Part shown: positions 50,924 to 60,352 of the stretch, one piece after another
How the letters are laid out: every line of letters starts with the position of its first letter
How positions within the stretch are numbered: the first letter of the stretch is position 1
Source: Ignavibacteriota bacterium
GTDB lineage: Bacteria > Bacteroidota > Ignavibacteria > UBA10030
Reading direction: 5' to 3'
Length of the DNA: 64,000 nt
Assembly: GCA_963727825.1 (NCBI GenBank)
Contig: CAVSHO010000011.1
Location: 32,001 to 96,000 of the forward strand
The notes under the pieces: model-generated
The model's input: only the letters and a program-made list of their open reading frames with translations
Databases searched by the model: none
Told to the model about the DNA's origin: nothing
Made by a program: the position numbers and the translations under genes

Positions 50924-51521
50924 TTATGAAACCTTTTGTGTTAAAAAGAACCTGAAAAAGCCACCATACCATTGTCTTCTCGCCAGTATTTTAAGTCCAG
51001 CTTGTTGAATTCCCATCTCGAACTCTGCCCACTCAAACATTTTGTGCGGCTCTTCTATGAGCATGACTCCATCAGAAACAAGTACCTGGTACAGCCTCTT
51101 CCAAAGTCTTTCGCCAAAGAGGAATATGATGTAGAACACCGAAATCAAAAACTGCATTGCAACTAGAATCTGGTGCATTCATAGCGTTTGCATCACCTAC
51201 CATAAAATCAACATTAAGTCCACATCTTTTTGCAAGTTCAATTTGTTCTGGCATAATATCAAATGCAATGACTTGCGATGGTTTCAATTCCTTAATAATT
51301 AACTCAGTGCCAAATCCAGAGCCGCAGCCCATGTCCATTATAACTTTTCCGGACAAATTAATTTTATGCATTTGAAGCATTTTAAAAAATAACGGAAATT
51401 CCTGATGTTTCCATCGCCATCGTCTAAGAGGGTTATTCATTGCTAAGAATTCAAATCTACCTAAACGAATACTTTCTTTTGAATCTTCCATACCATATTT
51501 CCACTTTATATTGTTTTTCAT
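50924..51521 (-). pseudogene. Class I SAM-dependent methyltransferase with a frameshift near 51095 (cassette)
   Basis: MDMGCGSGFG, FDFGVLHHIP in ORF 51072..51521; continuation LYQVLVSDGVMLIEE in ORF 50924..51178. Confidence 0.8.
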
Positions 51522-51672
51522 TAAAATGGTTCGCTAAAAATTAATGAAGAACAATATAATCGCCCATTATTTATCGGCAAAGCTCGAGATATTGTCGGTA
51601 AATATCGAATTATTTGCAGATTCTTTAAATGGCCACTTTCAAAAATTAAAAGAACAATGGTTTTTACTGTGC

Positions 51673-51853
51673 ACCTAACGGACAGGCGCTCCGCCCAAAA
51701 GATGGCGGACAAGTAAGCTGCTGCGTTGAATAATTTTCAAGTTACACTCAACAAACTGAGTTCATTGAACACTCGCATCTGAAAAACTATATTTACTTGT
51801 TGAGCTTGCGAAATCCCGCTTGCGGGGACTTTTTCCTTTTTAAATGGTTAGGT
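51673..51853 (-). other. attC site (181 bp) with inserted hairpins
   Basis: Plus strand ACCTAACGGACAGGCGCT[CCGCCCAAAAGATGGCGG]...TAAGCTGCTGCGTTGA ... AAATG-GTTAGGT; backbone similar to 50689-50864. Confidence 0.7.
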
Positions 51854-51883
51854 AGCACAAATAATTATTCATTTATGTCCGGG

Positions 51884-52681
51884 CTATTTGTATCCATAAA
51901 TCTGAGCTTGCCTTGGAAACGTATAATTCGTGGCGCGCCTGAATTTTGAGTTCTGCAAATTAGTTAACATTCGTTTTGCATCCTGTTTGCTCACTATGCC
52001 AGACTTCATTACAGCAGGTGCAATTTCTGATGCACTCATCATAACGAAGTCTATCGCCTCAGCCATTGAAATGACTGGCTGAACAAAGCAAGCATGAATA
52101 TTGGAATACCCTGCCGATATCAATGTCGAATATAATTTGTCACCAATATTGAAATCGAGACCCTGAAGTTTTCCAAGTTTAACAAATAACTCATTCATCC
52201 TTTCGATGGATTCATTACGAGGTGTCGTCATCAAGGAACTTGCATGAGGTTCTTCGCAAGCAATGACACCACCAGCTCGCAAATATCTTTTTAGGCTGAT
52301 TAGCACTTGCTTCGGATCCTTCAAGTGCATTAATAATAATCTGGAATAGATTAGATTAATAGAATTGTCTGGCAAATCTAACGCCTCTACCGTTGAGAAA
52401 ATGAATTCAATATTTGCAGCCCCCGATTCTTCTGCGGCTTTTCTGGCTAATTCAAGTTGCTTTTCACTGGCGTCGACTGCCATAATGTGACCTTTTATGC
52501 CAACTTGTTTCGAAAGCCACGTTGTCATCGATCCTATGCCACATCCAACCTCCAGAATTTTAATACCCTCTCTTAACCCGGCTCGGATGAGAAAATTTCT
52601 ACTGTGCTCACCAAATACTTCATTTATAAATTTGAGTCGGTTAAATCCTTTTTTCCCGACCTCCAAGATATATTCACCCAT
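51884..52681 (-). CDS. Class I SAM-dependent methyltransferase (cassette)
   Basis: ILEVGCGIG, AVDAS, SRLLLMHL, LRAGGVIACEE. Confidence 0.9.
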   Translation of the reverse strand: MGEYILEVGKKGFNRLKFINEVFGEHSRNFLIRAGLREGIKILEVGCGIGSMTTWLSKQVGIKGHIMAVDASEKQLELARKAAEESGAANIEFIFSTVEALDLPDNSINLIYSRLLLMHLKDPKQVLISLKRYLRAGGVIACEEPHASSLMTTPRNESIERMNELFVKLGKLQGLDFNIGDKLYSTLISAGYSNIHACFVQPVISMAEAIDFVMMSASEIAPAVMKSGIVSKQDAKRMLTNLQNSKFRRATNYTFPRQAQIYGYK

Positions 52682-52692
52682 TATGTTCTCTT

Positions 52693-53226
52693 TTATTTTG
52701 TGCTACCTAACGATTGGCGGCTAAGCTGCTGCATGGCAATAGCTTTAACACGATCGCAATTTCGTCGAACGAACCAATCAGCAAGTAATGGACGGTATTC
52801 ATGTTGCAAATCTTCGGGCAGAAGAAAGAAGTCGCCAGAAACTTCTTTGCGACACCGTTTTGATCCACAATTACATAGCCAAGATGTACCGCCCGTGATA
52901 TTGATATTGTAATCAATTGTGATCTCTTCTCCCGCAGAGATGGCTCGACGAGCAACAAGATATGATTTTTTTCCTTTGAATAATTGATAGGAGTTCGGAT
53001 CGCAACAGTGGTTGACATGTCGATCTGGGAATCCTAACAGTAACACTTTACCATCGGGATAGTCACAGTGGTCAATTCGCTCGCCAAGCTCCTCTCGAAG
53101 AGGGGAATCAGACGTAATTTCTCGAATAACATTGACACAGCTGATGCGCTCACCGATATAAAACGAACGCACCGCGAATATTCCCAAACCTTCAATTGAA
53201 GAAGTCTTAACTTCAATATTGTTCAT
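52693..53226 (-). CDS. SET domain protein whose C-terminus reads through a half attC
   Basis: GLGIFA, VNHCCDPN, GEEITIDY, post-SET CNCGSKRCR. Confidence 0.88.
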   Translation of the reverse strand: MNNIEVKTSSIEGLGIFAVRSFYIGERISCVNVIREITSDSPLREELGERIDHCDYPDGKVLLLGFPDRHVNHCCDPNSYQLFKGKKSYLVARRAISAGEEITIDYNINITGGTSWLCNCGSKRCRKEVSGDFFLLPEDLQHEYRPLLADWFVRRNCDRVKAIAMQQLSRQSLGSTK

Positions 53227-53261
53227 ACTAAAATGTAATTAGCTAAATGCAATTGGGCACG

Positions 53262-53437
53262 GCCTATCCGATCGGAACTAAGTGAAACATGGCGCTTTGC
53301 GACACTGCGGCGCTGATAATTTTCCAATTTTACAGCTGTCGCGCGTGACATCTAACCTAAATTCATAGGCTAAACTTTCTTTGCACGGTTAATTGCACCC
53401 GCGTTTTTCCCGTTTGCTTGAATACTTCGATATTACC
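53262..53437 (-). other. Degenerate attC-like element
   Basis: GCCTATCCGATCGGAACTAAG (core AAC changed to ATC) plus the shared interior motif GCGCTGATAATTTTCCAATT. Confidence 0.4.
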
Positions 53438-53483
53438 AAAAAGGAACCAATCCATAATTACTTTCCTTAAAGTTTTATCATCT

Positions 53484-56400
53484 TCATTTGTAATCCACCG
53501 CTTTATTTGGATACAAAGGGGGAAGAGGCACTTGAATAGGATGGTCTTTGATTTCTTGACTTAAATAATTTATTGCCGCCTCAAGCTGAGCATCTTGTCC
53601 GTTAAATGTTTGATGGGGAGTGTCATCAACTACGATATCCGGATCAACACCATGGCCTTCTATGAGCCATTTACCTTCTGGACCATAAACTCCATATTCT
53701 GCGGCTGAAGCGATTCCATTGTCTCGCAGCCAATTGTCAAATGACAACCAAATCTCACCGCCCCACGTTCTCATACCAATTACTTTGCCAAGACCGAGGC
53801 GCCTAAAGCCTTCGGTGAATGCCTCTCCATCCGATGCTGTATTCTGATCACATAGTACAACTAGATGACCACAAAAAGCATATTGCATATTCCAAGTAGG
53901 CACACCGGCACGGTCTTGCCAATACATCCAAGCTTTTCGAAGAAGTTTTTCAAGTATCCAACTATCGATGTTGCCGCCGTTATTATGGCGCACATCGATT
54001 ATCAATCCATGACGATTAAAAACAGGATAAAATTCTTTTACCCATTCAGTATAATTTCCACCTCCCATAGCGCGAAGATGAATATATCCAATCTGATTGT
54101 CGCTTTCCTTTTCAACCTTGAGTCTTCTTGTGTATTCCCATTCGCTGTACCGTAGGCTAAATGCGGCTTGCTGTGAAATTGGAATGACTACGGCATCAAA
54201 CTCTTTTCCAATTGAACCGGATTTTAAATGCAAAAGCACTTGCTGACCAACCTGATTCTCAAGGAGGACATTCGGCGAAGCGACTGAATCAGTTGAAACT
54301 CCGTTGATTGAGAGAATGATGTCTCCTTCATTGATATTGGATCCTGCTTTTGCGAGTGGAGAAATGTCTTCGAGATAATCGGGATCAGATTTGTAAATGT
54401 GATTGATTTTATAACCGCCGTTTTTATCATCTTGGATAATTTCTGCACCAAGTGAGCCAACCGATACTTGAGGTTCCGGCCTCCTGACATCGCCACCCAT
54501 GACGAAAATATGCAACGCTGAAAGTTCCCCCACAATTTGACCGATGAGATCATTCAACTCATCTCTATCTCTTACTCTGTTAACTAACGGTAAAAATCTT
54601 TCGAGAGTTTTTTCATAATCAACACCTTGCATTCCTGGGTCGTAGAAATAGTCGCGCTCAAGCCGCCATGCTTCGATAAACATTTGCCGCCATTCTTCAA
54701 GCGGATCAAATGAAAATGTCCATTTGCCCAGATCGACAGCATTTTTCGAGAAGTCAGTTATCGGAGATGAGGATGCATCAACGACGTTAAAACCGTCTCC
54801 CTTCCTCACCATTATCTTCTTCCCATCTGCAGTAAGTTCATAACTTTTGATATCTTCTACGATCGATTTTACAGAGACATCTTTGTTCACAATCTCGATT
54901 GCATCGAGTTTTGTTTTCCGTTCTGCCGCAAGAGGAGTTTCTGAAACGAAAAGCATCTTATCGTTCAAAGCGAGATTTGAATAATTTCCTGCTGCAACTG
55001 GAACCTGGTATATTCTTGTTTGTATTCCATCAAGGTCAATTTTCACTTCCACATTTTTTGATTTGTCCTTTGATTCAGAATCTTTTCCCTTAGCATCTTC
55101 AGATTTTCCCTTTGATTCATCGGAAGTTTTGGATGAGGGATGTAACTCATCGGAAGGGCTAAACGGAAACCTGATATCTTTCAGAAGCGCGATCGCAAAA
55201 ATCTTTGTTGTATTGGAAAAAAAAGGCTCAGGCTCCCGATGTCCCCATGGACTTCCAACTGTAGATTGGAAATTTCTGTCCGATAAGAAATATATCCATT
55301 TCCCATCTGGACTCCATGCGGGGCTGTAACTATCAGTTCGATCGTCGGTCAATGTCGTTATCTTTTTATCGGCGATATTGTAAATAACAATACGGTTATA
55401 TGTGTTGGCGGCTTGCGAAATGTAAGACAGCCACTTACTATCCGGTGACCAGCATAAATTTTCAAAACTAGCATATTGCGAAGTCTCAACAATTTTCGTC
55501 TTCTTTGAGACAGAATCATATAAAAGAAGCCGGTTATCTTTATCAGTGTAAGCAATCATTTTTCCGTCAGGAGAAGGAATCCCGTCCATCCTAAAACCTT
55601 TTCCATCATTTGTAAGCTGCTCACCTTTTCCGATGCCGTTAGCTGGATATTTCCAAAACTCAACTTCACCCGTTTGTTCAGATTGTAATATGATGGATTT
55701 TCCGTCATGAGAAAATTTTGCATTTCGATATCTCACTCCTGATTCCCGTGTCAATTCCACAAACCGGCCATCACTGACTGGTGCAACAAAAACCTGTCCG
55801 CGCGTTGTGAGAACAATTCTATCGCCATCAGGAGAAATATGAGCTGATGTAAGATAGTCCATCGGTTTCTTGACCCATTGTATCCTTGCTTGATCGAAAT
55901 CCGATGAAAGGAAAATCTGAACTATGTTGTCTGAGTTCGATGTAATATCATATAAATAGATATCAGCGCCGCATTGATAGACAACTTTGCCAGCATCGAG
56001 AGATGCCGATGCAGCATCGAATCCCTTATGAAATGTTTCTTGACTTAAATTTTTCCCGTCTTCATTCATCGACCAGATATTCATTGTGCCATCTCGGTCG
56101 CTAAGAAAATAAACCCGTCCGTTCCATAGCATAGGATTCTTACTTGTGCCAGCATAATCACTTGTTAGAGAGACCGCCTCCTGATCTCCTTTGACATACC
56201 GCCAAATATTCTGTGCGGTTCCGCCTTGATATCTCTTCGTGTGACTGCCCTGGAATTGAAGGCGTGTGAAAAAAAGCGTATCTCCACTTGCATCAAATAT
56301 TCCATCGCTCGCTTGGGACAAAGGAACAAAATTCTTCTCTCTGTTTTTTGGGTCAATGATCATCAATTGAACATTCGGCAGGGTAGAATAATTATTTGTG

Positions 56401-56765
56401 GCGTAAATTATTTTTCCATCTGCTGTCCATCCGATCGCTGTTGTATTTTGGCCTTCGTATGTCAATCGCTTGGGAACGCCGCCATCGATTGGCATTGTGT
56501 AAACTTCCGTTGGCCCTTCATATTGCGCTGAGAATGCAATCTGAGATCCATCAGGTGAAATTACTGCATGCGCTTCGGTCCCCTGATTCGTTGTAATTCT
56601 CGCTGCTGTGCCACCATGAGTGCTGACCATCCAAAGATCACCTTCAGCTGTAAAAACTATTTTGTCCCCATGAATGGCTGGATATCTATAGTATCCCTGC
56701 TTCATACTTGCAAACGATAGATGGGAAACAAAGACTAATGAGAAGAAAAAAATTAAGCGATTCAT
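53484..56765 (-). CDS. Tricorn-like S41 protease (beta-propellers, PDZ, S41 domain)
   Basis: IVFTAEGDLW, repeated SPDG/WSPD propeller motifs, GYIHL, DVRHNNGGN, TASDGE, IEGHGVDPDI. Confidence 0.92.
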   Translation of the reverse strand: MNRLIFFFSLVFVSHLSFASMKQGYYRYPAIHGDKIVFTAEGDLWMVSTHGGTAARITTNQGTEAHAVISPDGSQIAFSAQYEGPTEVYTMPIDGGVPKRLTYEGQNTTAIGWTADGKIIYATNNYSTLPNVQLMIIDPKNREKNFVPLSQASDGIFDASGDTLFFTRLQFQGSHTKRYQGGTAQNIWRYVKGDQEAVSLTSDYAGTSKNPMLWNGRVYFLSDRDGTMNIWSMNEDGKNLSQETFHKGFDAASASLDAGKVVYQCGADIYLYDITSNSDNIVQIFLSSDFDQARIQWVKKPMDYLTSAHISPDGDRIVLTTRGQVFVAPVSDGRFVELTRESGVRYRNAKFSHDGKSIILQSEQTGEVEFWKYPANGIGKGEQLTNDGKGFRMDGIPSPDGKMIAYTDKDNRLLLYDSVSKKTKIVETSQYASFENLCWSPDSKWLSYISQAANTYNRIVIYNIADKKITTLTDDRTDSYSPAWSPDGKWIYFLSDRNFQSTVGSPWGHREPEPFFSNTTKIFAIALLKDIRFPFSPSDELHPSSKTSDESKGKSEDAKGKDSESKDKSKNVEVKIDLDGIQTRIYQVPVAAGNYSNLALNDKMLFVSETPLAAERKTKLDAIEIVNKDVSVKSIVEDIKSYELTADGKKIMVRKGDGFNVVDASSSPITDFSKNAVDLGKWTFSFDPLEEWRQMFIEAWRLERDYFYDPGMQGVDYEKTLERFLPLVNRVRDRDELNDLIGQIVGELSALHIFVMGGDVRRPEPQVSVGSLGAEIIQDDKNGGYKINHIYKSDPDYLEDISPLAKAGSNINEGDIILSINGVSTDSVASPNVLLENQVGQQVLLHLKSGSIGKEFDAVVIPISQQAAFSLRYSEWEYTRRLKVEKESDNQIGYIHLRAMGGGNYTEWVKEFYPVFNRHGLIIDVRHNNGGNIDSWILEKLLRKAWMYWQDRAGVPTWNMQYAFCGHLVVLCDQNTASDGEAFTEGFRRLGLGKVIGMRTWGGEIWLSFDNWLRDNGIASAAEYGVYGPEGKWLIEGHGVDPDIVVDDTPHQTFNGQDAQLEAAINYLSQEIKDHPIQVPLPPLYPNKAVDYK

Positions 56766-56857
56766 TTCTACCTCCGTAGGTTAAATAAGAAGATATTGAT
56801 GACTCCAAAGAATGATACTCTAACTGTATATAATAACTTCCATCATAATTGCAAGTG

Positions 56858-57029
56858 CTCTAACAGAATGCGGATAAGCCACAGGTTAGGCATTTCGAAA
56901 AATATATTCTTGTTAGATGTGACTACTGCAATTTTTAATCAATATATCTGCTTTTATAAATATGTCTACCAACGCACTATTTCCGTCAGCTAGCTCGCCA
57001 TCTTATTAGGCAGGAGGGCCTCGTTAGGC
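56858..57029 (-). other. attC site (~172 bp)
   Basis: Plus strand CTCTAACAGAATGCGGATAAGCC ... GTCAGCTAG...GGGCCTC-GTTAGGC. Confidence 0.6.
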
Positions 57030-57034
57030 GCGCT

Positions 57035-57628
57035 TTAATTTAATAGGTAACGTCTAACAACATCTTGAACTATAGACAACCATTGTTGCCGTTGCTCTAT
57101 TGTACTCGTAACTATAACGTTGAACATCTCTCGATGGAATATTCTTACACCACAAAGATCAAAGATACAATTATTCCAGAGAGTTTCTAATGGATCACCA
57201 AAGTTTTTGATTTCACGTTCTGTTGGTGTATTTGATGTATTGAAAATTAGAGCAACCTTTGCTTTCAAAAGACCAATTGGAACTCCTTCGCCATTATCAC
57301 CATCCATAAATTTGTATGCAGTTCCTGGACGAAGTACTCTATCTATCCATCCTTTTAAGATAGCTGGAGGTTGGCCCCACCAATTTGGGTGAATCACAAT
57401 AATGCCATCTGCAGTGGAGATTTCTCTACAATGTAATTCTAGTATCTGTGGAAGAACAGCATCTTTAGATATTTCATCAGTGATGAGAATAGGATCAAAT
57501 CGTTCAGCATATAAATCATGGAATGCCACTTGATGACCATTCTGATGCAGTTCAGCGATAACTGTTTCTGCGATTGCATGGTTGAAGCTTTGTGGATTGG
57601 GATTAGCAAGTATTACAGAAATCTGCAT
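57035..57628 (-). CDS. Flavodoxin-like NAD(P)H dehydrogenase (quinone) (cassette)
   Basis: ANPNPQSFN, HDLYAERFDP, HPNWWGQPPAILKGWIDRV. Confidence 0.9.
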   Translation of the reverse strand: MQISVILANPNPQSFNHAIAETVIAELHQNGHQVAFHDLYAERFDPILITDEISKDAVLPQILELHCREISTADGIIVIHPNWWGQPPAILKGWIDRVLRPGTAYKFMDGDNGEGVPIGLLKAKVALIFNTSNTPTEREIKNFGDPLETLWNNCIFDLCGVRIFHREMFNVIVTSTIEQRQQWLSIVQDVVRRYLLN

Positions 57629-57677
57629 TGTTGAGGAAAGCCTATTTATTAATACATATGCGATTTAAGAAAGCGCG

Positions 57678-57790
57678 CCCTAACGAATCGGCGCTAAGTC
57701 CCGATTCGAAAGATTTGATGTTTTCCAATCAAATCGCGGATCCCGCTTTGCGGGATCTAATATTTTTCGACACTGCAGCCCTGATAAGGT
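57678..57790 (-). other. attC right half, near-copy of 47646-47746
   Basis: CCCTAACGAATCGGCGCTAAGTCCCGATTCGA..GATTTGATGTTTTC.AATCAAATCG..GCGGATCCCGCTTTGCGGGATCTAA shared with 47646. Confidence 0.75.
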
Positions 57791-58287
57791 TCAATCAACA
57801 TAGAAATAACCAATAGCCATACTCTCATATGGATTCCTTTTAAGGACTTGGGGAATGGTTCAATGTATATAAATGTGGTATTATCTACAATAAAAAAGTC
57901 CCTGATACACTACCAAATGCCAAGCGCTTAGGGAGGCTAACTGTGCCCACCGGGAAAGTGAGCACTTGAAACATATAAATCATTTATGATTTAGCCAACT
58001 TGCCGATAGTAACCTTTTTCAAAAACAAAATATAATTTATAGAAATCGATTTACCCTATAGGAACAAAAACATTTTCCAGAAAAAATTCTGGCGGAATCA
58101 CTTTGCCTTTCGGTTTAGATTGATTCCTCTGGTATATCAAAGTGGAAGCAACCATATCGATCCCTCCGGAGTCGCCGGGTTGAGGTTCGTTTGGGTCCCA
58201 TATTTGATATTTCGCCAATGGCAAGATGGCAACATTGATATCGCCATCAATCCTTTAGGTGCTGGCGAAATGGTTAAAACTCCGTCG

Positions 58288-58761
58288 TTACTTGAGTATC
58301 ACCATTTTCCTTAGAAAGATGTGGTGATTGTTTTGATCATCCATGGCAATGAGCCGGTAGATGTACATTCCGCTCGCTAATCGTCCTGCGTTGAGAGTCT
58401 TTTGATAGTAACCGGCAGGCTGAGCTTCATCGGCAAGCGTCATCACTTCACGACCAAGAATATCATAGATCTTCAAACTTACACAGCTATCTTTAGCTAA
58501 CTCGTAACTGATAATGGCAGTGGGATTGAACGGATTAGGATAATTCTGATAGAGTGCATATGCTGTCGGTATCTCTGGATTGGTTGACACCTATGTTACA
58601 TTATTCCATTGAAATTTAAATGCCCTTTAGCTGAAGATGCTGTCCGGGAATTGGATTTTATATACAGTGCTTCCATCTGGCCGGACTTCAATAACTGCCA
58701 ATTCGGCTGCACCTCATCCGATAAATGTGTTTCCATTCGACAATCGTTCAACCGAACCCAT
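58288..58761 (-). pseudogene. Fourth ASST-like paralog, C-terminal remnant with three in-frame stops
   Basis: Reads MGSVERLSNGNTFIG*GAAELAVIEVRPDGSTVYKIQFPDSIFS*RAFKFQWNNVT*VSTNPEIPTAYALYQNYPNPFNP..., collinear with 17378..19273. Confidence 0.85.
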
Positions 58762-59002
58762 CGCTACTATGAAGACGCATTGATACAAATATCACAGAAA
58801 ACGGAACTATATCGATAAACATCTCGTTTGGGCTATGAAAAGGAATAAAAGAAGCCAAATATGTCCTGGATTATTACATGTCTTTATTCGGATTGCAGTA
58901 TTGTAGATAAATAACAATAATCGAAATATCCTTTTTAATGCGATTTAACTTGATAAATCTTGATGTATTTGGTAGAATTCATTAAATCAAAGAGTTTAAT
59001 AA

Positions 59003-59746
59003 ATGTATAGAAATATTATTATACAAAGCACCAATAATGATTTATTTCACAATCTTGCATTTGAAGAATATGCAATGGAAAACCTGGCTGGAGAATATAA
59101 AATTCTTTTTTTATGGCAGTCTGCCGGGTCAATTGTAATTGGAAAGAATCAGAATCCTTTTAAGGAATGCAATGTTGACAATGTGCTGGAACATAAAATG
59201 CAACTTGGAAGGCGGGTTTCGGGAGGAGGAACTGTATATCAAGATCTTGGAAATATGAACTTTTCGTTTATCTCAGGAAAAGAGTTATTCAATACAGATG
59301 AAAATTTTTCCTTAATTATCGGGACTTTGAAGAAATGGAATATAGACCCGTATATTTCTTCTAATAACGATATTATGGTATTTGATAAAAAAATTTCTGG
59401 AAATGCATTCTGTCATAAAAAAAACAGTTCTATGCACCACGGAACTCTTCTTGTTGAATGCGACCTTATCAAGCTCGAGTATTTCTTAAAAAAACCTGAG
59501 TATAATATTATTGGTAATTCGGTATCATCAAAAAGAAGCTGTACTGCAAATATAAAATCCTTCAATAGAAATATAAATATTTATAATATAAAAAAAGAAA
59601 TAATAAAGGAATATGATAATAACTGCAGAGCATTTAATGATTATGATCTAATTGATGAAAATGTTTTTCCAATATATTATAGAAAAATGGAAAGCATCAA
59701 GTGGATATTTGGTTTTACTGAAAATATTGCTGTAATAAAAACCTGA
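59003..59746 (+). CDS. lplA: Lipoate-protein ligase A (catalytic domain only)
   Basis: NLAFEE, IVIGKNQNP, RRVSGGGTVYQDLGN, KISGNA, HHGTLL. Confidence 0.88.
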   Translation: MYRNIIIQSTNNDLFHNLAFEEYAMENLAGEYKILFLWQSAGSIVIGKNQNPFKECNVDNVLEHKMQLGRRVSGGGTVYQDLGNMNFSFISGKELFNTDENFSLIIGTLKKWNIDPYISSNNDIMVFDKKISGNAFCHKKNSSMHHGTLLVECDLIKLEYFLKKPEYNIIGNSVSSKRSCTANIKSFNRNINIYNIKKEIIKEYDNNCRAFNDYDLIDENVFPIYYRKMESIKWIFGFTENIAVIKT

Positions 59747-59905
59747 AAAAAATTCCATATAGGCTCGTTTAAATTAAATGCATAATACAGTGTAAAGTTA
59801 ATAGCGAGAAAACTCACCCTGCCCTTTTATAATAAGGAGTTAAGTGAGGTGAGTATTTTAGAGGAGCTCTTAAAAATTCGAATTATTTTTTATCTGGAGT
59901 AAAAT

Positions 59906-60352
59906 ATGACAAAAGAAAAAATCATGATGAAAATTGATGAATTATTGGATAATTCAAAATGCGCAGTATTGTCAACAGTCTCTTCCGATGGAAAGCCACG
60001 CTTAAGGTGGATGTGTCCCACAATATTTCCCGATATGGGGCAAATGATCTATGCGGTATCTTCCGCCGATTTTCATAAAATCGAGGATTTAAAAATAAAT
60101 CCCTCTGCATCATGGATGTTCCAGACAAAGGAACTTAATGAAATAATAAATGTTTCAGGCAAGATATATATAATAGACAACCCCTCAATGAAATCAATGA
60201 TAATCGAAAAAATTGGAAATAGGCTTCATGCATTCTGGAAATTGAAGAAGGATTCATCCGACTTTATCGCGTTGGAAACAGTCATCGAAGACGCTGTTTA
60301 CTTCAATCCGATGAAGGGGGAAAAAGAGATTATAAAATTTCTTGAAAAATGA
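59906..60352 (+). CDS. Pyridoxamine 5'-phosphate oxidase-like FMN-binding split-barrel protein
   Basis: AVLSTVSSDGKPRLRWM, KIEDLKINP. Confidence 0.75.
   Translation: MTKEKIMMKIDELLDNSKCAVLSTVSSDGKPRLRWMCPTIFPDMGQMIYAVSSADFHKIEDLKINPSASWMFQTKELNEIINVSGKIYIIDNPSMKSMIIEKIGNRLHAFWKLKKDSSDFIALETVIEDAVYFNPMKGEKEIIKFLEK

Larger units (their letters stand above)
46685..57790 (-). mobile_element. Integron-type cassette array lacking an integrase in this window (CALIN-like), up to nine co-oriented genes
   Basis: All genes on the minus strand, separated by related RYYYAAC...GTTRRRY elements; the two ends of individual cassettes are extended inverted repeats of each other. Confidence 0.85.

Noticed and set aside
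46685-57790. Intergenic repeats as CRISPR repeats or IS terminal inverted repeats
   Set aside because: Units are long and degenerate and separate whole genes; no transposase or target-site duplications; attC architecture fits better
57790-58290. Possible intI/attI at the head of the array
   Set aside because: No ORF with tyrosine-recombinase motifs; only short spurious ORFs and an ASST relic
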